Origin: Macrostomum lignano
Taxonomy: Eukaryota
DNA: 64,000 nt
Direction: 5' to 3'
Assembly: GCA_002269645.1 (NCBI GenBank)
Contig: NIVC01000422.1
Location: forward strand, 186,001-250,000
In this document: positions 29,522 through 43,500 of the stretch, piece by piece
Position numbering within the stretch: the stretch's first letter is position 1
How the letters are laid out: each line of letters begins with the position of its first letter
Position numbers and translations under genes: made by a program
Notes under the pieces: model-generated
What the model was told of the DNA's origin: nothing
Database searches by the model: none
The model's input: the letters and a program-made list of their open reading frames with translations, nothing else

Positions 29522-29942
29522 AGTTTTTGAGCACTGTATTTGCAATTGAAAAGAAAGGGTACTTGAGCTATGAGCGCTCTAATATTTTTATATTTATAAG
29601 TACTTGGCTGGACGGCCGCGAAATACCGCCGTATATAAAAAGCTAAAAGATCAATAGATAAAAATACAACCTGCAGCAAAAATATACAAGTCTAATTTAT
29701 ACAGAACTTTATAGTACTCTACTGACAGTAGAAATATAAGGAATATCATCTAAGAAAACAAATTTTCTGTCACTGGAAAAAACGTTTAGAATAATGACTA
29801 GCAATCTTCGCCCCCCATTGGGGGACATTTGTATAGAATCTCTGTTCTCTGCAAGTAACAAAAAGATAGCCAAATAAAGCCTTCACAAAGAAAACAGACA
29901 AAATACTCAAATGAAGTGCAATGCAAAAAGAAATCATCCTAA

Positions 29943-30093
29943 GAAAGCAAGCATCCCCCAGATTGCAAGCATCCCCCAAATTGCAAGCATCCCCCGGATA
30001 GCAAGCATCCCCCGGATAGCAAGCATCCCCCGGATAGCAAGCATCCCCCAGATTGCAAGCATCCCCCAGATAGCAAGCATCCCCCGGATAGCA
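29943..30093 (+). repeat. 18-bp minisatellite CCCAGATAGCAAGCATCC (also at about 36680-36848 and 61630-62093)
   Basis: Read directly at three loci. Confidence 0.92.
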
Positions 30094-30344
30094 AGTGTGA
30101 TGACTTGATATTGTGAGTAACAACTAGCAATCTACGCCCCCCGTTGGGGAGCCAAAGAAATGCAATACACGTTTTTTTAATAAGCTACATGTAGCCTTGA
30201 AATCTTAAAAAATCTCCTGTCAAAACTTGTCAGCCTTTAAATGTCAGTAATTCCCCCCACAAGCTTTAACATATCAACTTCCCCCCTTGACATCTCAGCA
30301 ATGCCCCCAATAAGCCTTGGAAATCTAAAAATATCTGTCAACCT

Positions 30345-30424
30345 TCTAACCCTAACCCTAGCCTAACCCTAACCCTAACCCTAGCCTAACCCTAACCCTA
30401 ACCCTAACCCTAACCTAACCCTAA
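30345..30424 (+). repeat. Interstitial (CCCTAA)n telomere-type tract (shorter copy at 34847-34879)
   Basis: About 13 units with variants, read directly. Confidence 0.95.
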
Positions 30425-31299
30425 AGCATTGAAATTTCAGTAATTCTGAGTCATTATAGCACTACTACAGCGTTATAGCGATTCCCTGCAAGCCTCGACA
30501 TCGTAGGGATTCCCAAATGAATCTCTTAACTTCGACATGAAGCTTCTTTTATTTTTTACATTACGCTTTTTTTATCAGCGATCCCTCCCCTGAGGAGGCA
30601 TCAAATAATGTAATAAAAAGTTTTCAATAAACTACATGTAGCTTCTGGCTTTAGCCTTGAAATCTCATTTATACCCCCGTGAGCCTTGACATGTCAGCGA
30701 TGGCCTCCATAAACCTTGAAATCTAAAAAACCCCCCGTTAACCTTGAAACCCGATAAAATATAACCCTCAACCCAAACCTGACCTAAACCTAACTTTAAC
30801 CCAACCTAAAGTCTTGAAATCTCAGCAATTCTTCTCCCCTAAGCCTTGACATTTTAGTGATTCCTTCTTTAAGAATCACAGCACTATAACGATCTCCACC
30901 AAGCTTTGACATCGTAGCAATTCCCAAAGGAATCTTTTAACTTCGACATGACTTTTCTTATATGTATACATAGTGCTACTTTTATTTTTTACATGACTCT
31001 GCTTCTATCAGCGCCCCCCTGTGGCGAGCAAACAATGAATGTAATAAAAATTGAGTAAAGTACATGAACTTTGAAGTAGCTTTTGACTTTTGCTTTGACA
31101 TCTCAGAAACCCCACCCCCGTAATCTCAGTTATTCTCTGTGAGCCTTTACGTCTCAGTTTTTCTCCCTAGCCCAGCACTATAGCTTCATTTAGTTTTTAC
31201 ATGACACCTTTCATGTCTGACATGACGCTTCTTTTATTCTACCATGATGCTTCTTAATTTTTTAAATGACACTTTCATTAGTTTTTAATGAGGCTTCTA

Positions 31300-33285
31300 T
31301 GATTTTTTCATGACGCTTCTATGATTGTTTACATGACGCTTCTATGATTTTTTCATGACACTCCCATGATTTTTTCATGACGCTACTATGATTTTTTACA
31401 TGACGCTTCTATGACTTTTTAGATGACGCTTCGATGATTGTTTACATGACGCTTCTATGATGGTTTACATGACGCTTCTATGATTTTTTCATGACGCTTC
31501 TATGATTGTTTACATGACACTTCTATGATTTTTACATTACGCTTCTATGATTTTTTACATTACGCTTCTATGATTGTTTACATGACGCTTCTATGATTGT
31601 TTACATGACGCTTCTATGATTTTTAACATGACGCTTCTATGATTGTTTACATGACGCTTCTATGATTTTTATATGACGCTTCTATGATTGTTTACATGAC
31701 TCTTCAATGATTTTTTACATGACGCTTCTATAATTGTTTACATGACGCTTCTATGATTTTTTTAAATGACGCTTTTATGAGTTTTATATGACGCTTCTAT
31801 GCTTTTTACATGACGTTTCTATGATTTTTTATATGACGCTTCTATGATTGTTTACATGACGCTTCTATGATGGTTTACATGACGCTTCTATGATTGTTTA
31901 CATGACGCTTCTATGATTGTTTACATGACACTTCTATGATTTTTTTAAATGACGCTTCTATAATTGTTTACATGACGCTTCTGTGATTTTTTCATGACAC
32001 TCCTATGATTTTTTCATGACACTTCTATGATTGTTTACATGACGCTTCTATGATTTTTTTAAATGACCCTTTTATGATTTTTAACATGACGCTTCTATGA
32101 TTGTTTACATGACGCTTCTATGATAGTTTACATGACTCTTCAATGATTTTTTACATGACGCTTCTATGGTTTTTTTATGACGCTTCTATGATTTTTTTTA
32201 AATGACGCTTCTATGAGTTTTATATGACGCTTCTATGCTTTTTACATGACGCTTCTATGATTTTTTACATGACGCTTCAATGATTGTTTACATGACGCTT
32301 CTATGATTTTTTTACATGACGCTTCTATGATTTTTTTAAATGACGCTTCTATGAGTTTTACATGACGCTTCTATGATTTTTTACATGACGCTTCTATGAT
32401 TTTTTTAAATGACGCTTCTATGATTGTTTACATGACGCTTCTATGCTTTTTACATGACGCTTCTATGATGGTTTACATGACGCTTCTATGATGGTTTACA
32501 TGACGCTTCTATGATTGTTTACATGACGCTTCTATGATTGTTTACATGACACTTCTATAATTGTTTACATGACGCTTCTATGATTTTTTACGTGACGCTT
32601 CTATGATTTTTTACATGACGCTTATATGATTTTTTACATGACGCTTCTATGATTGTTTACATGACGCTTCTATGATTTTTTACATGACGCTTCTATGATT
32701 TTTTTAAATGACGCTTCTATAATTGTTTACATGACGCTTCTATGGTTTTTTCATGACGATTCTATGATTTTTTACATGACGCTTCTATGCTTTATACATG
32801 AGGCTTATATGATTTTTTACATGACGCTTCTATGATTGTTTACATGACGCTTCTATGATTTTTTACATGACGCTTCTATGATTGTTTACATGACGCTTCT
32901 ATGATTTTTAACATGACGCTTCTATGATTTTTTACATGACGCTTCTATGATTTTAGATGACGCTTCTATGATTTTTAACATGACGCTTCTATGATTGTTT
33001 ACATGACGCTTCTATGATTGTTTACATGAAACTTCTATGATGGTTTACATGACGCTTCTATGATAGTTTACATGACGCTTCTATGATTTTTAACATGACG
33101 CTTCTATGATTTTTTAAATGACGCTTCTATGATTTTTACATGACGCTTCTATGATTTTTACATGACGCTTCTATGACTGTTTCATGACGCTTCTATGATT
33201 TTTTACATGACGCTTCTATGACTGTTTCATGACGCTTCTATGATTTTTTACATGACGCTTCAATGACTTTTTACATGACGCCTTT
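31300..33285 (+). repeat. 21-22-bp minisatellite CATGACGCTTCTATGATT(G/T)TTTA, roughly 90 copies
   Basis: Read directly; count estimated from length. Confidence 0.97.
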
Positions 33286-33331
33286 TGTCCTTTTTTTGAC
33301 CTTGAATAAAAGCTTTTAATAAAAAACTTTT

Positions 33332-33400
33332 CACTACTAAGATTCGAACCCAGGTCGCTGCATTTGCAGTCCAGTCTGTTCACATCTAGGCTAGCTCTTA
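33332..33400 (-). ncRNA. tRNA-derived Pol III-type module (A box, B box), repeated at about 36570-36635, 39785-39850 and 63541-63605
   Basis: Minus strand TAGCCTAGATG...GGACTGCAAAT...CTGGGTTCGAATCTTAG. T-arm retained, acceptor stem not; followed by a T-run. Confidence 0.6.
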
Positions 33401-35844
33401 TCGAATTTTATAAATGAAATTGTAGCACTTATATAATTCAACACTCACTCACAAAGCAGTTATGACATAATCAATTTCCCAGGCAAGTCAGTATCAGTCT
33501 CTATTAAAGTTGACAATATGGTTACGCAATCTAAATCAAGTCTGGTGCTACGCTTCCACACTGCATTTTCAATACTGTGACGCAATTCAAGTTGGAGTTA
33601 CAATTCAGTGATGATGCAAACTATTTCAGAATCAGAATTCAACCAGTCAGTTTTTTCTCTAGCATTATTACAATGCATTTAAAGTCGAAAAGTTTGCTTG
33701 ACCTTTGCAAAAAAGCATGTTTTTCGAATATTTAATCGCTTTAACATGGAGCAATTTCTTAGCCAAGATGCATGTACCGTCACGGGAAAATTTCTGATCG
33801 AACAGTGCAAGTTCGAAGAAAATCGGTCCAGCCATTCTGGAGATAATCGATTGCGCACATACAAGATTTTCATTTTTAGTATATTGGACTAGCAGGGGTA
33901 GGCTGTCTGCCAGCATCCAGAATTTTTATTATACCCCCGGGTAGGCTTGCGCAAGTTAAATAGAGTAATTATCTCGGCAGTGGGGCGGGGTGAGTTTTCT
34001 TATCAGTTGGCTCTGGCGCAATCATTAAAATTGGCAGTGAAGTTTCTCGCTGATAGAATTTTGCATTGAAAAAGCCCATTTAAAACAGTTTTTCGAATAT
34101 TTAATCCCCTTAGCATTGAGCTAGAGCTTAATAAAATTACATGTACCGTCCCGGGCACATTTGACATGTTTTGGCGAAGAAACGGAGAAAATCGGTTGAG
34201 CCGTTAGGGAGATAATCGATTGCATACAAGCAAGCAAGCAAGATTTTCATTTTTAGTATATTAGACTAGCTAAAGTTTTGCCCCCCTTCGGGGAGCAGAA
34301 ATAATTAATATTCGTCTAATATAATATACCTTTTAGCAGGAGTACTTTAAGTGTTTTTCTTAAGCTTAAGCTTAAAATAGGAATTTTTGGAGATCGTTAA
34401 TAACGCATTTTAGGTAAAACAAAACTATCAACTTTTTACAGTTTTTAGTTTAGAGCCCTGTATATGTCAACGTGTTTGATAAAAATTATTTTTATCATTT
34501 TTGATAAAAAATGGCCTTCGGGGTGGCCAATAAGCAAGGGACGAATCCTTTTAAATGAAAAAAAATTCTTAGGGAGGGGGGCTAGGAATCGAATTCTCAT
34601 TTTAATTCCAGGCTTATGTACCAATAAAACATGTTTGTGCAGAATTTTATAACAGACATTGAAATTCAACCATACTTGCCTTCTTTCAGAGCTACTTCTA
34701 CCAGTATGCTTCAGTACGCTACCAGTACCCTTGTAAGCCTTGACATGTCAGCAATCCCCCCCACAAGCCTTAACATATCAACTCCCCCCTTGACATCTCA
34801 GCAATGCTCCCACAAGCCTTGAAATCTTAAAAAATCTGTCTATTTTCTAACCCTAACCCTAACCCTAACCCTAACCCTAAAGCATTGAAATTTCAGTAAT
34901 TCTCTCTAAGAGTCTATAGCACTACTACAGCATTATAGCGATTCCCTGCAAGCCTCGACATCGTAGGGATTCCCAAATGAATCTCTTAACTTTGACATGA
35001 AGCTTCTTTTTTTTTACATTACGCTTTTTCTATCAGCGATCCCTCCCGTGAGGAGCCAACAAATAATGTAATAACTTTTTTCCAATAAACTACATGTAGC
35101 TTCTGACATTAGCCTTGACATCTCATTTATTCCCCCGTGAGCCTTGACATCTCAGCTATAGATAGATAGATAGATTCCCCTCGTAAGCCTTGACATGTCA
35201 GCGATGCCCCCCATAAACCTTGAAATCTAAAAAATCCCCTGTTAACCTTGAAACGCGCTAAAATCTAACCCTCAACCCAAACCTGACGTAAACCTAACTT
35301 TCACCCAACCTAAAGCCTTGAAATCACAGCAATTCTTCTTCCCTAAGCCTTGGCATTTAAGTGATTCCTTCTTTAAGAATCACAGCACTATAACGATTCC
35401 CTCCAAGCTTTGACATCGTAGCAATTCCCAAATGAATCTTTTAACTTTGACATGACTTTTATTTTATGTATACATAGTGCTCCTTTTATTTTTACATGAC
35501 TCTTCTTCTATCAGCGCCCCCCCCCACCGTGGCAAGCCAACAAAGAATGCAATAAAAAACTTAAGTAAAGTACATGTACTTTGAAGTAGCTTCTGACTTT
35601 TGCTTTAACATCTCAGAAACCCCCCTGTAATCTCAGTTATTCTCTGTGAGCCTTGACGTCTCAGTAATTCTCCCCAGCACAGCACTGTACTATAGCTTCA
35701 TTTAATTTTTATATGACATTTCTTTCATGTCTGACATGACGCTTCTTTTGATTTTTACGTTACGCTTCTTTTATTCTTCCATGATGCTTCTTAATTTTTT
35801 AAATGACACACTTTCATTAGTTTTTATATGAGGCTTCTATAATT

Positions 35845-36520
35845 TTTTCATGACGCTTCTATGCTTGTTTACATGACGCTTCTATGATTGTATACATGAC
35901 GCTTCTATGATTGTTTACATGACGCTTCTATGATTGTATACATGACGCTTCTATGATTGTTTACATGACGCTTTTATGATTGTTTACATGACGCTTCTAT
36001 GATTTTTACATGACGCTTCTATGATTTTTACATGACGCTTCTATGATTGTTTACATGACGCTTCTATGATTGTTTACATGACGCTTCTATGATTTTAACA
36101 TGACGCTTCTATGATTTTTTTACATGACGCTTCTATGATTGTTTACATGACGCTTGTATGATTGTTTACATGACGCTTGTATGATTTTAACATGACGCTT
36201 CTATGATTGTTTACATTACGCTTCTATGATTGCTTGCATGACGCTTCTATGATTTTTTATGACGCTTTTATGATTTTAACATGACGCTTCTATGATTTTT
36301 TTACATGACGCTTCTATGATTGTTTACATGACGCTTGTATGATTGTTTACATGACGCTTTTATGATTTTAACATGACGCTTCTATGATTGTTTACATTAC
36401 GCTTCTATGATTTTTACATGACGCTTCTATGATTTTTACATGACGCTTCTATGATTGTTTACATGACGCTTCTATGATTGTTTACATGACGCTTGTATGA
36501 TTGTTTACATGACGCTTCCA
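35845..36520 (+). repeat. Second array of the 21-22-bp CATGACGCTTCTATGATT minisatellite, about 30 copies
   Basis: Read directly. Confidence 0.96.
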
Positions 36521-36885
36521 TAATTTTTTTTGTCTTGGCGTTAAAAGGCTTTAATTAAAAAAACTCTACTCTCTAAAAATTCGAACCATCGTCCCTGCAT
36601 TTAGCAGTTTAGTCTGTTTACCTCTAGGCTAGCTCTCATGAATTTTAGTCATTACCCCTAAATAGAAAATATTCCCAAGACAGCAAGCATCCCCCCAGTA
36701 GCAAGCATCCCCTAATACTCCTAGCAAGCATCCACCCAGATAGCAAGCATCTTGCAGATAGCAAGCATACCCCAAATAATGTAGAAGCATCCTTCCAGAT
36801 AGCAAGCATCCTGCACATAGCAAGAATCCCTAAATAGCAAGCATCCCTGGATAGAAATAATCCTATACATGTAGCCAAGCTTATC

Positions 36886-39721
36886 AAGCGCAGTAATCCT
36901 TGGCTATCGAGTGCAGTAATCCTTGGTTTATTAATAGCAATAATCCATGGCTTATCGAGTGCAGTAATCCTTGGTTTATTAATAGCAATAATCCTTGGCT
37001 TATCGAGTGCAGTAATTCATGGTTTATTAATAGCAATAATCCTTGGCTTATCGAGTGCAGTAATCCTTGGTTTATTAATAGCAATAATCCATGCCTTATC
37101 GAGTGCAGTAATCCTTGGTTTATTAATAGCAATAATCCTTGGCTTATCGAGTGCAGTAATCCTTGGTTTGCCAAGTGCATAATCCTTGGTTTATTAATAG
37201 CAATAATCCTTGGTTTATCGAGTGCAGTAATCCTTGGTTTATTAATAGCAATAATCCTTGGCTTATCGAGTGCAGTAATCCTTGGTTTATTAATAGCAAT
37301 AATCCATGGCTTATCGAGTGCAGTAATCCTTGGTTTGCCAAGAGCAATAGTCCTTGGCTTATCGAGTGCAGTAATCCTTGGTTTGCCAAGAGCAATAGTC
37401 CTTGGTTTATTGAGTGCAGTAATCCTTGGTTTATTAATAGCAATAGTCCTTGGTTTATTGAGTGCAGTAATCCTTGGTTTATAATAGCAATAATCCTTGG
37501 CTTATCGAGTGCAGTAATCCTTGGTTTGCCAAGTGCATAATCCTTGGTTTATCGAGTGCAGTAATCCTTGGTTTATTAATAGCAATAATCCTTGGTTTAT
37601 CGAGTGCAGTAATCCTTGGTTTATTAATAGCAATAATCCATGGCTTATCGAGTGCAGTAATCCTTGGTTTGCCAAGAGCAATAGTCCTTGGCTTATCGAG
37701 TGCAGTAATCCTTGGTTTGCCAAGAGCAATAGTCCTTGGTTTATTGAGTGCAGTAATCCTTGGTTTATTAATAGCAATAGTCCTTGGTTTATTGAGTGCA
37801 GTAATCCTTGGTTTATTAATAGCAATAATCCTTGGCTTATCGAGTGCAGTAATCCTTGGTTTGCCAAGTGCATAATCCTTGGTTTATTAATAGCAATAAT
37901 CCTTGGTTTATCGAGTGCAGTAATCCTTGGTTTATTAATAGCAATAATCCTTGGCTTATCGAGTGCAGTAATCCTTGGTTTATTAATAGCAATAATCCAT
38001 GGCTTATCAAGTGCAGTAATCCTTGGTTTGCCAAGAGCAATAGTCCTTGGCTTATCGAGTGCAGTAATCCTTGGTTTGCCAAGAGCAATAGTCCTTGGTT
38101 TATTGAGTGCAGTAATCCTTGGTTTATTAATAGCAATAGTCCTTGGTTTATTGAGTGCAGTAATCCTTGGTTTATTAATAGCAATAATCCTTGGCTTATC
38201 GAGTGCAGTAATCCTTGGTTTGCCAAGTGCATAATCCTTGGTTTATCGAGTGCAGTAATCCTTGGTTTATTAATAGCAATAATCCTTGGCTTATAGAGTG
38301 CAGTAATCCTTGGTTTGCCAAGAGCAATAGTCCTTGGCTTATCGAGTGCAGTAATCCTTGGTTTGCCAAGAGCAATAGTCCTTGGTTTATTGAGTGCAGT
38401 AATCCTTGGTTTGCCAAGAGCAATAGTCCTTGGTTTATTGAGTGCAGTAATCCTTGGTTTATTAATAGCAATAGTCCTTGGTTTATTGAGTGCAGTAATC
38501 CTTGGTTTATTAATAGCAATAATCCTTGGTTTATCGAGTGCAGTAATCCTTAGTTTATTAATAGCAATAATCCTTGGCTTATCGAGTGCAGTAATCCTTG
38601 GTTTATTAATAGCAATAGTCCTTGGCTTATCGAGTGCAGTAATCCTTGGTTTGCCAAGAGCAATAGTCCTTGGTTTATTGAGTGCAGTAATCCTTGGTTT
38701 ATTAATAGCAATAATCCATGGCTTATCGAGTGCAGTAATCCTTGGTTTATTAATAGCAATAATCCTTGGTTTATCGAGTGCATTAATCCTTGGTTTATTA
38801 ATAGCAATAATCCTTGGCTTATCGAGTGCAGTAATCCTTGGTTTATTAATAGCAATAATCCTTGGCTTATCGAGTGCAGTAATCCTTGGTTTGCCAAGAG
38901 CAATAGTCCTTGGTTTATTGAGTGCAGTAATCCTTGGTTTATTAATAGCAATAGTCCTTGGTTTATTGAGTGCAGTAATGCTTGGTTTATTAATAGCAAT
39001 AATCCTTGGCTTATCGATTGCAGTAATCCTTGGTTTGCCAAGTGCATAATCCTTGGTTTATTAATAGCAATAATCCATGGTTTATCGAGTGCAGTAATCC
39101 TTAGTTTATTAATAGCAATAATCCTTGGCTTATCGAGTGCAGTAATCCTTGGTTTATTAATAGCAATAATCCATGGCTTATCGAGTGCAGTAATCCTTGG
39201 TTTGCCAAGAGCAATAGTCCTTGGCTTATCGAGTGCAGTAATCCTTGGTTTGCCAAGAGCGATAGTCCTTGGTTTATTGAGTGCAGTAATCCTTGGTTTA
39301 TTAATAGCAATAGTCCTTGGCTTATCGAGTGCAGTAATCCTTGGTTTATTAATAGCAATAATCCTTGGTTTATCGAGTGCAGTAATCCTTGGTTTATTAA
39401 TAGCAATAATCCTTGGCTTATCGAGTGCAGTAATCCTTGGTTTATTAATAGCAATAATCCATGGCTTATGAGTGCAGTAATCCTTGGTTTATTAATAGCA
39501 ATAATCCTTGGCTTATCGAGTGCAGTAATTCATGGTTTATTAATAGCAATAATCCTTGGCTTATCGAGTGCAGTAATCCTTGGTTTATTAATAGCAATAA
39601 TCCATGGCTTATCGAGTGCAGTAATCCTTGGTTTGCCAAGAGCAATAATCCTTGGCTTATCGAGTGCAGTATTCCTTGGTTTGCCAAGAGCAATAATCCT
39701 TAGCTTATCGAGTGCAGTAAT
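36886..39721 (+). repeat. 24-bp monomer / 48-bp dimer satellite (GAGTGCAGTAATCCTTGGTTTATT + AATAGCAATAATCCTTGGCTTATC)
   Basis: About 2.8 kb read directly; recurring variant monomers GCCAAGAGCAATAGTCC and GCCAAGTGCATAATCC. Confidence 0.97.
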
Positions 39722-40587
39722 CTAAGTGTTTTTATTTAGTCCTTTAATAAAAGCTTTTAATAAAAAATTTTACACTACTACTTTTAAACTACTTAGATTC
39801 GAACCCAGGTCGCTGCATTAGCAGTCTGGTATGCTCAGCTCTAGGCTAGCTCTCATCGAAGTTATCAGTGAATTTGTACCACTTATATAATTCAACACTC
39901 ACACCAAGTCAGGTAGAGTAAAAAGTCACGCGAAGCAGTTATGACATAATCAATTTCTTAGGCAAGTCAGTACCAGTGTCTATGAAAGTTAACAATATGG
40001 TTACGTAATATAAATTCAGTACTGCACTATACTTTCACCCTCAAAGCTGTGACGCAATTCAATTGAGTGTCAAATTCAGCCAGTACACAGACGATAAATA
40101 AAGTGTATTGTGATGCAATCTATTTCAGAATCAGAATTCAACCAGTCAGATTTTTCTCTAGCATTCTTACAATGCATTTCAGGTCGAAAGAGCTGCTTGA
40201 CCTTTGCAAAAAATCATGTTTTTCGAATATTTAATCCCTTTAACATTGAGCAATTTCTTAGCCAATATGCATGTACCGTCCCGGGAAAATTTCTGATCGA
40301 ATGGTGCAAGTTTGAAGAAAATCGGTTGAGCCGTTCGGGAGAAAATCAATTACAAGCAAGCAACCAAGCATTTCATTTTTAGTATATTAGACGAGGCCAA
40401 CTCCTCCTTCGGAGAAGAAAGGGGAAGAACTCCAATCAGCGGAATTCCATTCCCTGAACTCCATCAGCGGAATCCCATTTTCCAACACCTTGACTTACTT
40501 TGACTTAGCTGCAGGGCTGTCCCGGAGGGGACACAGCGGGAAGGCGCGGGCGCCCATTCCGCTAGTCCCTGAACGGCCGACGCGTCG

Positions 40588-43500
40588 CTATGGACGGAGG
40601 GTTGGCGCCGCCCAGGGAGGTCCCCCAGTGTCGCCAGCAGCTATGGTGCTCTCTGGAAAGGAGAGTTCAGCCCTGCGGGTGGCCCGAAGGTAGCGCATGA
40701 GCTGATTAAAGTTTTCGGGTTTGCACGCTTCAGTAATAGATGTGTGTGGCCCGAGGTAAGTGAGTCTGGCCCGCGTGAAGGCGGGACAGATGCTGACGAA
40801 ATGCTCAGCGGTTTCGTCACCTGAGTTGCAGAAACTACAGGTGGCGTTGGTGGCGTTGCCCTGCAGGTACTGGTGCCTGGAGAAGCAGCCGTGACCAGAG
40901 AGGGTCATGGTGGCAGCCCGGATGTCTCTGCGCGAGAGGCGCAAGAGGAGCTTCCGGAGCTGGTGAGAGGGCTGAGGGACAGCGCCTCTGGATTGCCTGC
41001 AGTTTGTGCGGTTCGCCCAAGTCGAGCGGTGCTGAGTCCTGATCCACGCTTTGATGCGCGAGTCGATGACACAGCCAGGGATCGGGACAAGAGGTTCGGG
41101 GCCGAGAGAGGAGCCGGAGGCACCAACTTTTGCAAGGGTGTCAGCCAACTCATTTCCTCGGATCCCCACATGCCCCGGAACCCACTTAAGGGTAATTTTG
41201 TTGGCGGAACCCAACACATTGAGGAGTTTGATACAGTCAAGGACTGTAGCAGAGTTGGTGCTGCAGCCACTGATGGCGTGCAAGGCAGCTTGGCTGTCCG
41301 AATGGAAAATGATGTTCTTACCAGTAACGCCAGTGGCGAGAAGCTCTGCAGTGCAGGAGCTGATGGCCAGAACTTCATTTTGGAAAACACTGGAGTTGAC
41401 CCCAGTGTATTGAGCGTGGGTAGCGATGACCCTCCCGTTCAGAAAGATTCCAACACCAAAGCCGGTGTTGGCTGACTGCTTAGAACCGTCGGTGTAGCAA
41501 TGAAGCTCACCAGGGTTCCAATGGTCATTGATGTTATCGCGCGAGTCGATAGCTACGGAGTAGCGCTGTCTCAGGTTGAGCGTTGAGGCAATGCCATCGG
41601 TGAAGACGCGATTGGCCTGACACTCGTTGAGAAAGTTGAGGCACAGATCGCTATGCGGGACAAGGTTCCGCTTAGCAGGTGCTCTCATGTAAATGAATTT
41701 GACGCCGGCATCAATTAGACGCCGCGTCGTTCTAGCCGCCTCACCCCTGATGAAGAGGTCAAGAGGCGGAAGATTAAGAAAGGCCCCCATGCCAGCAAAG
41801 GGCGTGGACCTGGTGGCGTTGCAGATGAGCCTACACGCTCTGCCTTGGATCGTGTTGAGCAGGTCTGCATGGCTTTTGACCTGGGTAGCGCTAACCCAGA
41901 CAACAGAGGCGTACGTAATGGCAGGTCTAACTACGGAAGTATAGATCCACCAAAGCCGCTTTGGGGATAGACCCCAAGAAGTGCCAAGTGCTCGTCGGAG
42001 CTGGGCCAGGATGGCTGAGGCACGCTTAGCTTTTGCTTTCACGTGGAAGGACCAGTTGAGCCGGTGGTCAAGTGTGACCCCGAGACATCTGGTCTGGTGC
42101 GCGAAGGCAATATCTCTGCCGTAGAGCTGCAGAGGACGTATGTTCCAGCGTAGTCTGCTGGTAAACATAATGGCAACGGTTTTGGGCTCAGAGAGTTCCA
42201 AACCATTGTCATTGGCCCAGGATTCTGCTTTGCGGATAAAGCTCTGCATCAGATCCCTGAGCGTGCTGGGAGACGGTCCTGCCACAATGGCCGTGACGTC
42301 ATCAGCATACCCGACTTTGAAGACGGGGTCAGGTCGGGAGTCACTCAGAAGAGCGTCCATGACCAGGTTCCAGAGCGTCGGGGTGAGGACTCCGCCTTGG
42401 GGTCCACCCTTACAGACTCTGGTGGAGGCAGTTTGCCCAAGAAGTTGGGCAGTGACCGTACGGTTGGAGATCATGTACATGATCCACCGTATGAGGGTAG
42501 CATGAGCTTTGCGATTTTGAAGGGCCCTCTGAAACGCTTCAAAGATAACGTTGTCGAAGGCGCCAACAATGTCAAGAAAGAGAGCCAGGGCGTAACCGTC
42601 ACCCAGTACCGCCCGTTCAATCTTTTCGACAATCGCATGCAGGGCGCTGTCAGTCGACCTCCCGGTACGGAAGGCGTGCTGATTATTGCTGAGGGGCATC
42701 GCTGTCAGCTCGCAGGAGAGCAGCCGCCAGAGAATAAGCCTCTCAGTGAGCTTAAGCATTGCTGACGTTAAGCTAATTGGCCGGAAGGCCTTGACGCTTT
42801 GGTAGTCACCCTTCCCAGGTTTGGGAATAAAGACTACTCGAGCTTCAGTCCAGCTTTTGGGAACGTATCCCAGCTGGATAGAGGCCCGCATAAGATTGCG
42901 GGTGAGTCTCAGGAACGAGGGTATCTTGGCTGCTTCACGAAGGAGAACAGGGTAGATACCATCAGGTCCAGGAGATTTGAAGGGTTTGAAGGTTCTGACC
43001 GCACGAGCGATTAGGTCTTCAGTGACAATGCCCGCCGCTAGGGTGGCTCCATCCATCGAATGGTTGGGCTCCGGTCTAGCAGTAGGTACCCTCGGGAAGA
43101 ATGTGCTAAGCATATGCTGAAGCACTTCTTCAGGGTCTTTAGTAAGAGAGCCATCATCTTTTTTATCATGGCTAATTTGGACATTTTGTCCATTGTAAGG
43201 GCCTTGACAAGCCTAGAAGTAGGTCTGTCTTGATCCAATTCATTGCAGAATTGGCGCCACTTACATTCCTTGGCCTTGCGCACTTCAGATTTGAAATTGC
43301 GGGAGGCTTGCCGGAAAAGCTCCATGTCCTCCGGGTTTCCGGTCTTCATGGCACGGCGATGAAGGCTTTTGGCCTTCCGCCTGAGTTTCCCCAGCTCCGG
43401 GTTCCACCACGGCGCCGAGGTCTTGCCTCTGTAGGCGCGAGCAGGACAAGCCGCTTCGTAGGCTGCAATAATGCAACCTGTCAGCGTCTCAGCCATATGA

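Larger units (their letters stand above)
30123..33891. mobile_element. Composite non-autonomous Helitron-like unit A1 (hairpin head, CCCTAA tract, 21-22-bp array, tRNA-derived module, tail TTTTAGTATATTGGACTAG)
   Basis: Head CTAGCAATCTACGCCCCCCGTTGGGG. About 30225-31300 is homologous to 34735-35850. The tail module recurs at 34040-34268, 39725-40395 and from 63480. Class assignment is inferred from CTAG-like ends and short hairpins; no TSD found. Confidence 0.55.

Noticed and set aside
30345-30424. A true chromosome end or telomere fusion
   Set aside because: The tract is short, is embedded in a repeat unit duplicated at 34847, and has no head-to-head inversion of TTAGGG/CCCTAA.
31300-39721. 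Regular short repeats resembling a CRISPR array
   Set aside because: Units are contiguous with no unique spacers, there are no cas genes, and the context is eukaryotic; these are minisatellites.
36884-39725. Many long ORFs in the 24/48-bp satellite as real repeat proteins
   Set aside because: Open frames follow from a unit length divisible by three without stops; there is no unique N- or C-terminal domain, and the frames break at random.
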